DNA from: Botryllus schlosseri
Lineage: Eukaryota
Assembly: GCA_051294905.1 (NCBI GenBank)
Contig: CM119372.1
Coordinates: 32,552,001-32,616,000, forward strand
Length of the DNA: 64,000 nucleotides
Direction of reading: 5' to 3'
Below, piece after piece: positions 1 through 13,169 of the stretch (position 1 is the first letter of the stretch; each line of letters begins with the position of its first letter). A model generated the notes under the pieces. The model worked only from the letters and a program-made list of their open reading frames with translations, ran no database searches and was not told where the DNA came from. The position numbers were made by a program, and so were the translations under genes.

Positions 1-428
1 ATGTTTATCGAAGTGTTCATTATGCCTCGCATGCTGACATAAATTACCAAACATCGTCATTATTTCAGGCAACTCATTTGCAAATTAGTCACTAATCTCA
101 CGAAGTTTGGTGCGAACAGCACAACTGGCCTTTAAATTAGGCACGCGAGCGAGAAAAATCGACATGAAAGTGAGAGATCTTTCAGTCTTGGGTGAAAATG
201 TCATGTTGAAGACCCAAGGAATTGATATCATCACCGCCAATGCGTGATGAAAGCTGCGTATTTGTGTCATGCGTTGCCCTTCAAAACCGACTGTCCACTC
301 TTCATTCGTCGTATCAAAACAAATGACAGGGTATCCATTTCCGTGTTTGGGTGTCTGTTATTATATCAAAAAAGAATTAGGACAAATCTACACAGCACAT
401 CACACAGACACATACTTCTAGCTATCAG

Positions 429-729
429 CAGTGTTGGGATCAAGCCACTACCTTCGAGTGACGAGTCATTTTGACTCGAGTCAAGTCAGAATTCAAGTCA
501 AGTTGCCTTTTCGAAGCAAGATGTATGAATATGTCTCAAGTGACTCGAGTCAAGTCAGAATTCAAGTCAAGTTGCCTTTTCGAAGTAAGATGTATCATTA
601 CGTCTCAAGTGACTCGAGTCAAGTCACGAGTCAAGTTGCCTTTTCGAAGTAAGATGTATCATTACGTCTCAAGTGACTCGAGTCAAGTCACGAGTCAAGT
701 TGCCTTTTCGAAGTAAGATGTATCATTAC
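429..729. repeat. Truncated GACTCGAGTC-type MITE end expanded into a ~69-bp tandem array
   Basis: Starts CAGTGTTGGGATC, the same terminus as element 58332-59259 (opposite orientation). Units begin at 472, 541, 610 and 674 (periods 69, 69, 64). Confidence 0.85.
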
Positions 730-968
730 CAACCGGGGGTCCGCAAAGCATTTTCAGGGGGTTCGCGAAGCCTCAAAATAGTTGATAACCTAATTTGTAT
801 TTTTTTAAATTCGGAAAATCACTTGGCAGTTTTGTTTTATTACTAGTAAAACTCTCAGAGCTTATATCAACAGAATAACATGAATAAAGGGATGGTAAGA
901 ACCCTGAAAGGTTCAGGTTTGTGTGAACATTTTGCATAAGTATACTGTGGGACTCGGATCGCAGAACA

Positions 969-1365
969 GGAACATTCGGCGCCAGCCATTTAGGCGCCTA
1001 TGGACATGGACAATTAAACATATATGTATATATATCGGAGTTTTCGGTCAGCATAAGGGCAGTCCTTTTCGACCAAGGTTTTCTCGCTGCTGATCGTTCT
1101 GGCGCACTTTTCAGAGTCGCATGTTACATAGCCTATAACTTCATATGTTATGGCACGTCATGGTGCGGTAATGGCAGACGCACAAGTGCCAATTTATATA
1201 AAGCATGCGTATTTTTTTTTGTTGGGGAAGGGTAACCAATATTCCATATATCTGACAGTATCAAATCGCGCATAGTGCGACAAAAATTCATGAAATATTC
1301 CAACATATACACTATGATTTATGTTAATTCACGAAATAAATTTGGGCCCCCTTCGAGCTCGGCCC
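969..1365 (+). repeat. Fragment similar to the internal part of hAT element 61317-62511
   Basis: GGAACATT..GGCGCCAGCCATTTAGGCGCCTATGGACA through GGGCCCCCTTCGAGCTCG recurs at ~62092-62470. Confidence 0.7.
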
Positions 1366-1679
1366 CTCCTTACGCAATGTTCATGCCACGCGGAGAAGAC
1401 TATTCGTTAGTTTCTCGCAGATTAACTTCGAGCCACTTGTTGTCCCATTGTTATTTATAACTTTGTTAAACCATGTTATTTCGCCATTCCCAGAAAATAC
1501 TGCGCTATCGAAATTATATCAGTATCGCTCACGCGTACGAGAGCATACTTTAAAAAATCTCTTCCGTGAGGCGCACGTGATTGTAAATGCTCATTTCTTC
1601 ACGGAGCGCAATATTTACCTTTGCGGGCTTCACTTGTACCTCGGTTTCAGACTTCAGTGATAACACTATTTGCCCGTGG

Positions 1680-1858
1680 CAATGTTCCATCTAATTTGTC
1701 ACGAGACTGCGCGCCAGCGTGGTCCATTGGACAACAGTGCGCAACGATTAAAAAAAAACATCACTTCGAATTTTCTGTGCGCAGCTTAGATTTTCTGTGC
1801 GCAGAGACCGTTTCAGCACTGCGCATTTGCGCACGTGCGCAGCTTAGAGGGAACATTG
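1680..1858. mobile_element. Short non-autonomous hAT-like MITE
   Basis: Inverted termini CAATGTTCCATCTAA / TTAGAGGGAACATTG with internal TGCGCA repeats. No TSD seen. Confidence 0.55.
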
Positions 1859-2436
1859 CATACAGTAGGCCTATATTGTCAGTTTGTAAATCTGACTCAT
1901 CTATACAGGACGTTGGAAGAAACGGCATTGTCCAGGCAGATGGGGTAAGTGGATTGTCGCTTTTGATCGAATAGTCTATATTTGAAGTGAACAAACCGTG
2001 GCCGCGGAAAGGTTACAAGTGGCCCAAGCGGTATTTCTCGCAATGACTTATTTTATCATCTTAATCACCTACATAATTTATGGCGAACTTACATTTCGAT
2101 AAATTGGCTTTTCTTTTCATTCTATATCTTTTACTATATAGAAGTGGTTTTAAATATGTTCAAGATAATTTTATTACATCACAATGCTCAATTTTACGCA
2201 TCGTACTCTCACATTGCTATGTCCACATCAATTCCAATCAATCTTACTCGTGCTGGAAGAGTCAGTCATAGTCATCTAGCAATTTTCTTACTTAATATAT
2301 TGATGTCGGGCAAAACGCAGTTAGCAGTGCAATATCTGTACAACAACTGCTGCAGAGATATTTAAGGATAAAGCACACCCGACCCCCGAGGCCGCGAGAA
2401 ATACAAAAGTAACTTACAGCACGATCCATCGCAACC

Positions 2437-2970
2437 AGGGTTGTAAATAAGTCACAAGGTTGCGAGTCACAAGTCAATCTCACTTTTCTAGTTTTGACTC
2501 GATTCGAGCCAAATCTACTCATTTTCAATTCACCGCTGAGTCAAGTCCAAATCCAAGGCAGTGAGTAGTAGAGGGTCGAGTATGAGTCTTAGCGTTGTGA
2601 CTCGAGTCCTAGTCCAAGTCATTGTGTTAACTGTACAGTTTTGAGTTCAATCCGGTTCATTCCGCTCGAGTGATATAGAATGTCTCGCATTCATAACGTC
2701 GTAATTTTCCTCAGTCCTAACAGTTTCTGGCTCTATTTGCCAAGTATCAAGACAGATACACGAAATACCAATCATTCCGTAACTTTACTATTCTTCGAAG
2801 TTGCAATGAAATGTCTGTTTTGGCCACCGTAGTCTCGATTCATATGGCTTGGTTCGACTCATGCACAAAGGCTCGAATAAAAGTCAAGTCAATACACAAA
2901 TTGACTCGAGTCGAGTCATTTTACGCCTTTAAAAATTTGACTCGAGTAAAGTTGAGTCACCCAAAATCGT
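2437..2970 (+). mobile_element. MITE family CAGGGTTGT/GAGTC-rich, copy 1
   Basis: Starts CAGGGTTGTA..AAGTCACAAGGTT and is dense in GACTCGAGTC/CAAGTC motifs. Similar copies at ~30484, 32768 and 39248. Confidence 0.75.
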
Positions 2971-3103
2971 AATAGGAAAAAATGGAAACTGCAAAACATT
3001 GTCGATTATGCAGTAGAAGTTTGGTACATGCCAACATTTTCAACCCGCGAATAAACTTTATTATGATCATTGTTTTCATTCCATTATTATTGTCTCCATT
3101 ACA

Positions 3104-3255
3104 GACCTACCAGCATGATCCCAGTGGAGCTTACGACGCCAACGTCGGATATCGGCCTGTAGGTATTGCGAGTTGATTGATATGGCGAATGCTATTGATA
3201 CTTGTGATGTTTGTTTCCAGAACATACCAGGAGGTCACGTATACGCGCAGGAGCG
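3104..3255 (+). CDS. Two putative small exons (3104-3161, 3221-3255) of an unidentified plus-strand gene
   Basis: ttacag|ACC...GTAG|gtattg and tttccag|AAC...GCG|gtgagt with a 59-bp intron. Spliced frame is open (TYQHDPSGAYDANVGYRPVEHTRRSRIRAGA). No family recognised. Confidence 0.35.
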
Positions 3256-3875
3256 GTGAGTATTCGCTGAAATCTAGATTCATAGTTCAGGCGGTTCATA
3301 GTGTATTTTGAGATGAGAGCTGTCATAGCAATATCAATCTTAAAATGTTTCTTGAGTCGTTTGCTTTATCGTTAGTTATATAATTTCAAGTCATTGTACA
3401 TGCACTCGCATGATCGATATCTATAATTGAACAGCGATCCTTTCCGATTTTGATGATATCGATGTGTTATATATTTCATCTGAACAAGTCACACACAATG
3501 TACAATGCGATAAGACACAGCTAGCCTAATAATGAGGCGATTTGATTACTCTAGTTCTAGTATACAACCATTATTTTAGTTGATTTTGGATAATTGATGA
3601 TTTGAATTGCCGACCATACTTGCGAAAGCTATCGACGATCGTGTTTGGTGTTTAGTCTCATGAAGTGGAAGTAGCCTGCGTCGGGCCATCGATAAATTAA
3701 GCAGACTGCCACGGTCGGTCAGTCCGAGTGGAAATAATTTTATGGCTCAAGTAAATTTAGTGCTTAACGCTAAACCGACTAATTATTTCCTATCATTATG
3801 TTGTGATGAAGGATGTGGTTTGCATGCAGTACTCGTCTTTATCCGGCCTAAGGGATGGTGGTAATTTATAGGTTA

Positions 3876-5159
3876 TAGGGGTTCTCAACCCGCGGCCCGC
3901 GACATCTTTCATTATAAACGCATTTACTATTGGCACGTTATTGTTGCATATTAATTTAGCTGCTTGGCTCTCTTATCGTACCGTCTCTGTGTCGTTGAAA
4001 TATTCATTATTTGATGAGTTCTGATTTCTCGATATCTGCTCGAGTTAAGATTTCTTTTTAATCGGCCTTCCTCTGAACTCTGGTTTAAGATAATCCCGCA
4101 GCGTAGTACATTTTTAGAGAGTGGCTCACTCACCGCGAATGGTTTGAACAGAAACAAGAAAAAGGAACGGGAAATTAAACGGCGAAAACGGTGTTTGTAA
4201 CACTGCGCGTAGAACAAGAAATTTGCTTTATCAGATATAAATGGAAAACCGATTTGTCATATTTGTCGAAGAACAATTGTCGCAACGAAGCGTAGACGAA
4301 GCTTAAAATGATACAACGAAAGTTTATTCTGGAGTTATGCATATCACCTGATCTTGAAAATCGTTGATAGCTAGGTCTAGGTGTCAAGCCCAAGAATCCA
4401 TATTTCAAGGCATTGTTAAAATTGCCGACGACGTTACAGGAACATTGGAATAGCGCTAAACCCAGGAATCTGCTTGAGAAGGTGTAATTTCAATAAACTT
4501 GAGCATACTGTGCGAATTTTCGCTGTTTCATGAACTTTATAGCAGCAGGGACACCATCACATGACAGATTTCGAAGCTACAGTTGTTTGATGCAGCCGCG
4601 ACCAGAAGAGTAGCAGTAATGTCAGTCAATCGTCTATTGCACGTTGTCGCGTAGACCACATTAGCCTAGCATCGGACGACTCCACCAACTCCACAGATGC
4701 TGCATATCGATATTATCTGGGTGAATTTTATCAGAGTGGACATATTTGCAGAGGAAATGCTGGCAAGGCGAACGCGGGAAGGGGACCAGCGAAAAGCATC
4801 AGCATTACAACAAAGCTGACTTCTGTAACTATTGCTGACCTCGAAACACCAGACTTTTTCTCTTATTACGGAGAGCTCAAAGTGATAATCGCCTCTGTAA
4901 CGAAAATGTTACCGTAATGCGCCGATGGGAGATACATTATTCTAAAAAAAACAGCAACTTCAAACTTAAGAACTCCGTCCATTATTGCTTTAGAATGCAT
5001 AAAAGGGTACTAAACGCCCGTATACGACTGGTAAATAGGCTATACAGTAGCCTAAATTGATTAGTAGGCCGCAAATACATATTAATAATGTTCTGCGGTC
5101 CGCGGCGTATTTTGCTGATAAAATGCGGCCCGTTATACACGGGAAGTTGAGAACCCCTG
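3876..5159 (+). mobile_element. Degenerate hAT (Charlie/Buster-like) element with N-terminal transposase remnant
   Basis: Termini AGGGGTTCTCAACCCGCGGCCCGCG / GTTGAGAACCCCTG. Around 4240-4310 the plus strand reads NGKPICHIC..., resembling the N-terminal zinc finger of Charlie-type transposases, with stops/frameshifts. Confidence 0.65.
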
Positions 5160-8100
5160 CGTTATATAGTTTTTATCTATTTTTTTCATTCATTGTTTCA
5201 CTGTTTTTCTTCGAACTTAGGAATACAACAGATTTCTCTGTGATATTGAAAGAATATCAGGAACATTTCATCAACGTCTTTATTGGGGTCGGTGCATTTC
5301 ACTAAATTCGGTTACTGGTCGTCTCAATTAGGTTCAAATTTTGACGAACATATGGAATTGCAGTGTGATATTTTCTGAAAAGTACAGCAGAATGGTCAGA
5401 ATTGGCTTACGAAATAAAGCAAGTTCTATCACACTGACTGTTCCTTGATTATACCCGGTGCTGCCAATGCGTATCATTCCTATTATTTGCCATCCGATAT
5501 CCACCATCTGGTGGATATGACTATTTCCATCACAAGAATGATGCATATTTATCAAATCAATAGGCCTACCTATGCTTAGCTGACATTAATGCGAGAGGAC
5601 TAGATATCTGTCTTGGAAAAATTTAGCAGCACTGTAGGAGGATGTAATGCGGAGGCAACTCCTGTAATAAGCGCCGATGAAACTAACAAAAATACTGGAT
5701 AATTGGTGTGCAATTTATTACTTACCAGATCTTCCTGGTGGCTGTGTTTCCTTGTGGTTTGTGTCGGCTGATCAGGACCTCCTTTTTGCAGGGAGTTTCC
5801 CGTGATCGATGGGGTCAAAGAGACCAGCGTATCAGCATCGGTATCTCCTGACGTTGGGGACGGAAATAGCTTCTGATTCCGATAATTCATTAATGATATA
5901 TACTGACGGTCTCTAACTAATTTTGCGACAATAAATTCAGATAATGCATCTTACGATTGCTCGTTAATACGACGATTGGAGCAAGGTATATAGCCTATAT
6001 AGGACGTCTTGCAGTTGAGCTGGCGCTCCTACAAATACGCCATGTCGAGTCAAGCATATTACCTTCCTATTGCGAACACTTGAAGATGACTGCGTGTAAT
6101 TGATGCTAAATACTCCTAGGCACTGATGGCATTACCAGCGGTTGAATTTCCCAGCCCAACGGTGTCATGACCTAACGTATACGCATAAATTCGCACACCG
6201 TCCTATGTCAGTCACTACGAAGTCAAATTGAGGTAGACATGCGGGTGACTACCTCCACGACTTGTTTCACGACTTACGAGAAAGTATTACACGATCTGTA
6301 CTTCTCTTATATACGCGACAGAACGCTGAATATTTCAACATCGTATTATAGAAACTGAATGGAGTCACATCAGGTGTATTTGTAGAAATCATGATAAAAA
6401 AACATATTTTTTTTAGTCTTTCTGGGGCACGGTAACAAAGATGACGAATATGCAAAAACGTTTGTTTACACATGAAATATTATGCTATCGAAACCAAGAG
6501 AATATTCTAATGTAGACTCTAAATGTCTGCAAGAACGTTACCCTTAGCAATCAAACTATAATGTAAACTGGTGGCGCTGTTTTCAAGACTTGTGTCAGAC
6601 AGCCTCCGTTAGCAATGACAAGAATTTCCATAGCAAACATGGCTGACATCGGGGACAAGCATTTTGTCCTTGAATCGAACTTGTTCACATCGTGAACAGC
6701 AATGCATGTACGGACGTCTAAAGCAGGTGTAGAGTTTGGCAGACACAAGCAAGGATTAGGGGACTTTCTCTTCGTCCATAACACTGATCCATACCACCAA
6801 GGTGCATGGACATCGAATATCAGGTCACAAGGATATCTAGTAAGTAGCACCATTTTTACCATCAGGTTAAGCGGGAGTGTCGAGCGCCTATGGCTGAGAA
6901 GCGGTTGATGCTAGTTCCACGTGCAGGTCTTTGCTCTGACCCGGTCGGTGATCGAAACCACAACCAGAGATGTTCAAAGCAATCAGTTTCGATATTTAAG
7001 TAGCAATAGAAGCAACGCCATATACAAGGGTGTAGCCAGAATAAATGAAGTTGAAAATTCTTTATGAATGCACGGGAAATTATGCGTATTTTTTTTTTGG
7101 GGGGGGGGGAACAAATTGATTCAGAAGGGGTTCCCATAATAAAACCAGGAAATAAAGTTACACTAAATTGCACGAAGTGTGAAGGTTTTTAGGTGGAATT
7201 CGTCTGCCCCGAAATACTCTATTTCATATTGATTCATGTAATTCACAAACAAAATTGGCGCGTCAAGGCCTCTTTCTGATTGGAACTGTCTGTCATTACG
7301 AAATAGTTTGGCCTAAAAAAACGTTTTTGACTTGAAAACTGACAAATTTGTACATAAAAAAAAACTTGTATTTTAACGAAATCTGGCCCTTTGACGAATT
7401 CTGGTCGTTACATCACGTATTATGGAAGAGATAATTAAAATTTGTTTTAATACAACGAGAGATACTTTCCTACATTTTCTGGTAGAAAGTGTCTGTCCTT
7501 ACTAAGTAGCTTGCCAAAAATGGAGAAAGAACGTTTAACAGCAGCAGTTGTTGGCTAACAATACTGAAGTTGTGCGTACACTGCTGGTGACACACCATGT
7601 TGCTACATTCTGACAAAGTTGGCTACATCACAATTTTTCATCATGCGCTTCTTGATATAGGAACCATGCAATGCCCAAGCAGTCTTGCTTCAGTTAGGAT
7701 ATTGCGGTACGTTGACCATAACACAATGTCAACCTATTTGTTTCCTTTGATCGTTTATGATTCACAATGAGCAGACAATGGACCGTCTACAACGGTAGGC
7801 CTATAAAGTAGGCTAAAAACTGTAAAATATCAAATGATAAGTTCACCGACAGTGCATAAACTACGATACAAACGGAGTGCAGGGGTCAGAAATTTTTTAC
7901 TTTGTAAACAATTTTAACAATTTTTTGACCTAACGCTACAATTTTGACAAAATTTTGACTTATTTTCAAATGACAAAAATATAGGCGGAACTTTCGAACT
8001 TACTTTAGTTACGAGGGCTATTTCGCCGATTTGGTATCACAATTTCACTACGAAAATCAATGTGAACATATCCAACATAATACAAATTGCAATGAGTAAG

Positions 8101-9035
8101 TAGTTTTGCCTAAAAAAACTGTTAGGTCGAAGTGAAAAGGGTCTAACAACATAACCACTTCAGTAAGTGCTGCCAGTGCAACACTACTTCGAAAGTACTT
8201 GACAGGACTCCGAAAATACTTGAAGAGCTTCTTGGTGGTACAGAACTTCAATATAAAATTGAACAATGAACAGTATATTGCAGGTCCCCCTAGGACCCAT
8301 CGCGTTTCATACACCCTATATTATATAACACGCCATTATAGCATATTGTACGACGCTGTGAATCACGTGACCACGCGCTTCTTCGTGTATCGCGCCATAT
8401 ATAAACGCGCACATTCAGATATCCCACATGGGACTCATATACGCTATACTACTGTTCATATTCGTTCGGCCAATACATCTATATGAGGCAATTGTCTTCG
8501 CATGCGTCGTTGAGCTGTCACATCAAGAACAAACACAGGATCAGGCGTCCGCCACTGCTAGTTCAGTATTTACTTAAGTCACAACTTACGGTGGACTCAG
8601 GCTTACGACTTTTGCAGGTTATCCGACAACACTACGTTCTCTACAATATTCATATTGAAAAACAACGAATATTTTCAGTTGACATTAGTCCGGGGTAATC
8701 GTCAGCAACTAGCAGAGAATTGGAAAGAATATTGTACGATTGTCGATACACAATGTTCTTCACAATTTTCTACTATAGTTGATGACGATTACCTCTGACG
8801 AGTTTCAACCGAAATATTTGAGCTCATTTCAATATGAATATACTATTCAACTGTAGTCCGAGAATGTAAAGGTACTTTCTTACTTACCACCTGTGCCCAC
8901 AACCTACCGTTGGCGAACGCTCCATCACTAAGCGTACTCGTCGGATAAGAACGAATAAAACATCAGTACGTTGAAACATTTGATCGTGTGGTACTTATGC
9001 GGCGTGAAGATGCTCTCAATAGGAGACGTTTTCCA

Positions 9036-9257
9036 TCAGCGTCCCGCGCCCCATGACACAATATCATAGATAACGGCGAATGAAAAGTATATCAATGTTA
9101 CATAGTGGCTGTACTTTAAGTAATTGGCAGATTTTAAACCTATGTTGACGTGACTGAACTTTTCGGATTTCAAGGCACGCATCCACAAGAATACAAAAGG
9201 TCCCGTAGTGAAGGCTTGGCCCACCGAAACTAATCTTCCAAGAATCACGGCAAATCC
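9036..9257 (-). CDS. Terminal exon of paralogous amino-acid permease (copy A)
   Basis: ttttag|GGA acceptor; GFAVILGRLVS...KSEKFSHVNIGLKSANYLKYSHY...YDIVSWGAGR*. Same length (222 nt) and clear similarity to exon 27770-27991. Confidence 0.8.
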   Translation of the reverse strand, partial: GFAVILGRLVSVGQAFTTGPFVFLWMRALKSEKFSHVNIGLKSANYLKYSHYVTLIYFSFAVIYDIVSWGAGR

Positions 9258-10144
9258 CTAAAAATGAATTGTAATGATCGTACGAAAGAAATCAAATACA
9301 AATACACATAAGCATGAGCCTAAAATAGATTGTTGCCTACCATGAAGTAACATTTTCGAGAGTGAAATACTTTACATTTTCCATAACGCGCCAAACATTC
9401 TGTGGTTGACGTGGTGACTGGGAGATATAAGTTTGCTTTGGTTCAACAATTTAATTACCATAAATCAGTAACTATAGACAGCGTGATGACATAAACCGAC
9501 GGTTTACTCATGCCGAACTATTCTGGTTCTCACAATACAGAGATGGTCGGTTGTGATACTTTTAAATCCAAATCATGTTCCAGATTCCAGCATAAAATCA
9601 AAGTTCAAATCTTAATTATATCATCAATTGGTGTCGTGGCCCAATTCAGGTCCGTGTTCGGTAATTGCTCGAATTCTTCGAATAATCGCATGAGAATTGA
9701 ACATTACTGCGAATTTGATGTGCCATTCCAAATTTATCGCAAACCCGAATAAATCGCAAATGCAAATCCGCCCTAAATATTCGAGTCACATATTCACGAT
9801 TTAAATCCAGACTCACACACATTGCTCATATCTTGTGCAAAGCCATAAATATTGTGGGTATACACCGTATATTGTTTTATTTTGAACTGTGGGATTGTGG
9901 AATATGTGGAACTGTCAGATTGCGGCTCAAATACATACTGCAAAATCGATATCGGTTCCAGGGTGCGGTATAAGCAATGCGCTATCCACTACAAATCAAA
10001 TCTAAATAAAATATCATCATGTAGGTTGAGCCTATCGGTTTTGGTGTTCTGAAGAATTGAGTTATTACTTCCGCATTCAACTATACACAATCCCAGCAGG
10101 CTATCCTTCAATTCATATTTATATATAATCATTTATCAACTCAC

Positions 10145-10299
10145 CCCAGGATTTATGGCTGCAATCAGATAAACGACAGCATAACAAGCCATGCCGATCA
10201 GTACATGCCACGCGAAATTTTTTCTCAATGATGGAAGGAAATCTTTGAAGATGATCCATTGCCCATGTTTAGAAATGACATCGTCTACCCAGCCACGAA
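10145..10299 (-). CDS. Penultimate exon of paralogous amino-acid permease (copy A)
   Basis: ttcag| ... |gtgagt; RGWVDDVISKHGQWIIFKDFLPSLRKNFAW...INPG. Same 155-nt length and phases as exon 28393-28547. Confidence 0.8.
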
Positions 10300-10495
10300 C
10301 TGAATATAAGTGGAAAATATCCTATGTAAAGGCTGATGTTAACTGTCCCGATAATGCTTTCGCTGTAAAGGCGTGTGAATTCCTAACATGTTTAGAGGTT
10401 TTTAGAAGTCATGAAGACTTATCCGACTCTCAGCGCCGCACCAGTGTCTCTGTCCATATGACTATAGTCAAGACATGAATGAACGTGGTATAGGG

Positions 10496-10955
10496 TAGGC
10501 TTACCATACGTCCTCTTTTAAGAGGATTTGTCCTCTTTTTTGACTTTTTTGAAAGTGTCCTTGGAGGACGCCCTTTTTTCCTCTTTTTTGAGATTTTGTC
10601 CTCTTTTTTGAAAATTTAGGTCAGATTTAGAGCAAATTGCGAGTGATATGCCGCAAATTAGCACAGAAGTGACGCTCCGGCGGGTATTTCGGAGTGAAAA
10701 ACGGTGATTTTAGCTCTGAGCGAAAAGATGACCTTTTTTTTTTTTTTTTTTTCTTTAGTCATCCACCTGGCAATGTGGAGAGAAAAACGGTATTTTGAGC
10801 TCTGAGCGGAAAAGATGACCTTTTTTTTTTTTTTAGTCAACCGATCGCAAAGTGGGAAAAATTCACCGGTTTTTGAGAATTCTACTCCGGTTTTGCAAGT
10901 TGCAAATTTCTGAAAAAGTGTCCTCTTTTTAGATTTCCAAAATATGGTAAACCTA
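10496..10955. mobile_element. hAT-type MITE (GTCCTCTTTTT subterminal repeats)
   Basis: TIRs TAGGCTTACCATA / TATGGTAAACCTA; perfect 8-bp TSD GTATAGGG. Related short copy at ~27519-27635. Confidence 0.85.
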
Positions 10956-11158
10956 GTATAGGGTCAAAGGATTCACAGTTAATGGACACCGTCAATTCCA
11001 GTATCCTGTCTGGCAATAATATCAGTGATACCAGTAAGCCTAGGTCGATGTTAGATTGATAAAACACACATGATGGTCACATCGACATCGACATCGATCT
11101 TTCCATCGCATTGCTTCCTGCATCGCATTCTATGTCGTGATTAATAATCATATAAAAC

Positions 11159-12435
11159 CAGAGGGGGTCAGTAACGAAGTACTTCTATTATATGGAAGTA
11201 CTCAAGTAGTTTTCCTCTACTTCTGGTACTTACTCAAGTAGATCTGATTTTCTCTACTTCTACTTCTACTTCTACTTCATAATATTTTGTGATCTACTTA
11301 CTTACTTTTCGCTATTTTCAGTTTGTCAAGTAGAAGTAGTTTAATCCCCCAATACGAAAGATAGCCTTTGGAATTTCGGGGATGTTTTCACGGAGTACCA
11401 ACATTTAATATTCATAAAAGTCAAGTGAAGCCCAGAAATTTTGCTGCGCTTCGCGCACAGTAGTTATGGAGGGACAAATATGTTTTCAGGAGAGTATCAA
11501 TGAATATAATTTAGTTACGGGATTGCTTGGTTCCGCTCACACCGCATTGTCGCCCATATCAAATATTTCATCACGGTAGATATGGCCCACCATAACGTCT
11601 GAAACTACCATTTCCCATCTACCAATTACCAATCATATCGTAATATAGCAGCCCATTACGTGTCTTTCTAATCTGGAAAATCCAGCTGTTTTGAAGATCA
11701 CACCTGTTTTAGCAGATCACCTTTGAAGCTTTATGGACAAAAAACATGAAATATAGTTTCCGCTTTTTAGAAGTGGTATTTGTATTTCACTTTCAATTGC
11801 GAGTATCATACTTTGAGTTCCAATTACTTGCAGTTCTTTTGTCTGCAGAACATACATGTTGAAGCATAAAAGCAAGTGTAGTAATGCCTCTATTTTCCGA
11901 AAATAAGGCTACATTATATATAACTTTTACGGTCCACAATATTTGTTTTTAACGTATACTAATCGCGCAAAGTGATGAAACCGTATTCGATAAAACTTCT
12001 ACGTATTGCTCTGCGCCTAAACCTGGGGCGTTATAATATGGGGTAGGGCGCCATGCCATGATATTCTTCCAGTAAACAAAGAGTTAGTATTGAATTTTCA
12101 TATCAATACTATAATTTGCATCCCGTGATGCGAAAAAAATGCTCCTCCGTCGGAAATTGATACCTCTTCCTGGGATGCATCAATACGAATCAAGCTCTCT
12201 GCACCTTCCGCATAGCTCAATTTGCAGCTTTTGACAGTTCATGCGAACGAATTAGGACTGTTTTCAAAACTACTTACTTACTTGAGTAGATTTAAAGTCA
12301 GTCAAATCTACTTCTACTTCAAGTAGTTTTAGGTGGCTTATTGATGAAGTACTTCTACTCGTACTTGAGTAGATTATTTCGTGGCTACTTCTACTTCTAT
12401 TTGAGTAGCTTTCTTGACTACTTTGACCACCTCTG
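11159..12435. mobile_element. hAT-type MITE, AGTAGAAGTA family, copy 1
   Basis: TIRs CAGAGGGGGTCA / TGACCACCTCTG; perfect TSD TATAAAAC. Opposite orientation to copies 47577-49091 and 52508-55299. Confidence 0.9.
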
Positions 12436-13169
12436 TATAAAACTACTGATATCGTTGGTTAATGGTTCTAAATTTTTGCGGACAATATAACGATTACCAT
12501 TGCTATTACGTACGTTTACCCGCGTAAAGCTTTAGCAAATAATCTACATTCAATGTCAATATCAATCAAATACATATTTATAAGTCTGCTTCTATGAACT
12601 TAACAGAGTCATTTTACTGTTACCCAATAGGACATCAAAATTTTATTGTAGCTTATATCTGTGATTTGGTATATACTTAGCTAGCTTATAAGCAATTCCG
12701 TTCTTGAAGGAATATGGAGTAGGAGCCTTACTCCTATTTCAAAGTGATCAAGTCATAGGTAATAGATCATAAATTTAGAATCGGCGACAGGCGGCAGGGT
12801 GGTGGTTTAGAATTTTGGCCGACTCCCCAGCACTGCAAGTATGTATGCTGCTGTTATCCGTCTATAAACGAGATTAAGCATTGTCGCATTCATCCAAAAC
12901 GGAATTTTAGCTTGAAGCACTTTACTTCTGCTTATATGGGGAATATACGACCTATTAGACAACCACCTTCGAAATATATGAATTTTGCTGTTATCTCAAT
13001 ATAATCCCCAACGACAAATCTGGTACATATTGCCCGAACATGGAGAGAGTGTGATGTTCCGTAGTTTGTGTCAAATCGATATAGCCTGTGACTGGTAACT
13101 ACAAGATACACCCTCTCCTATCGTGTACGTTGCTGTCGCGTCACGTGCTTGGTAACGTTGAAGAGATGT

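Noticed and set aside
472..729. CRISPR-like repeat array
   Set aside because: Units are tandem near-copies without unique spacers, derive from a MITE end, and the context is eukaryotic with no cas genes.
5409..5518. PPDGGY-GW (SLC16-like motif) on the minus strand
   Set aside because: It needs a frameshift, coincides with a 22-bp near-palindrome (ATATCCACCA-TC-TGGTGGATAT), and no further SLC16 exons were seen.
8215..8850. Similarity to the LTR insertion site (41086-41164 and 44155 onward) as a sign of target-specific integration
   Set aside because: It confirms the empty-site sequence AATATACTATTCAA, but both places are pieces of an old dispersed repeat. One insertion cannot show target preference.
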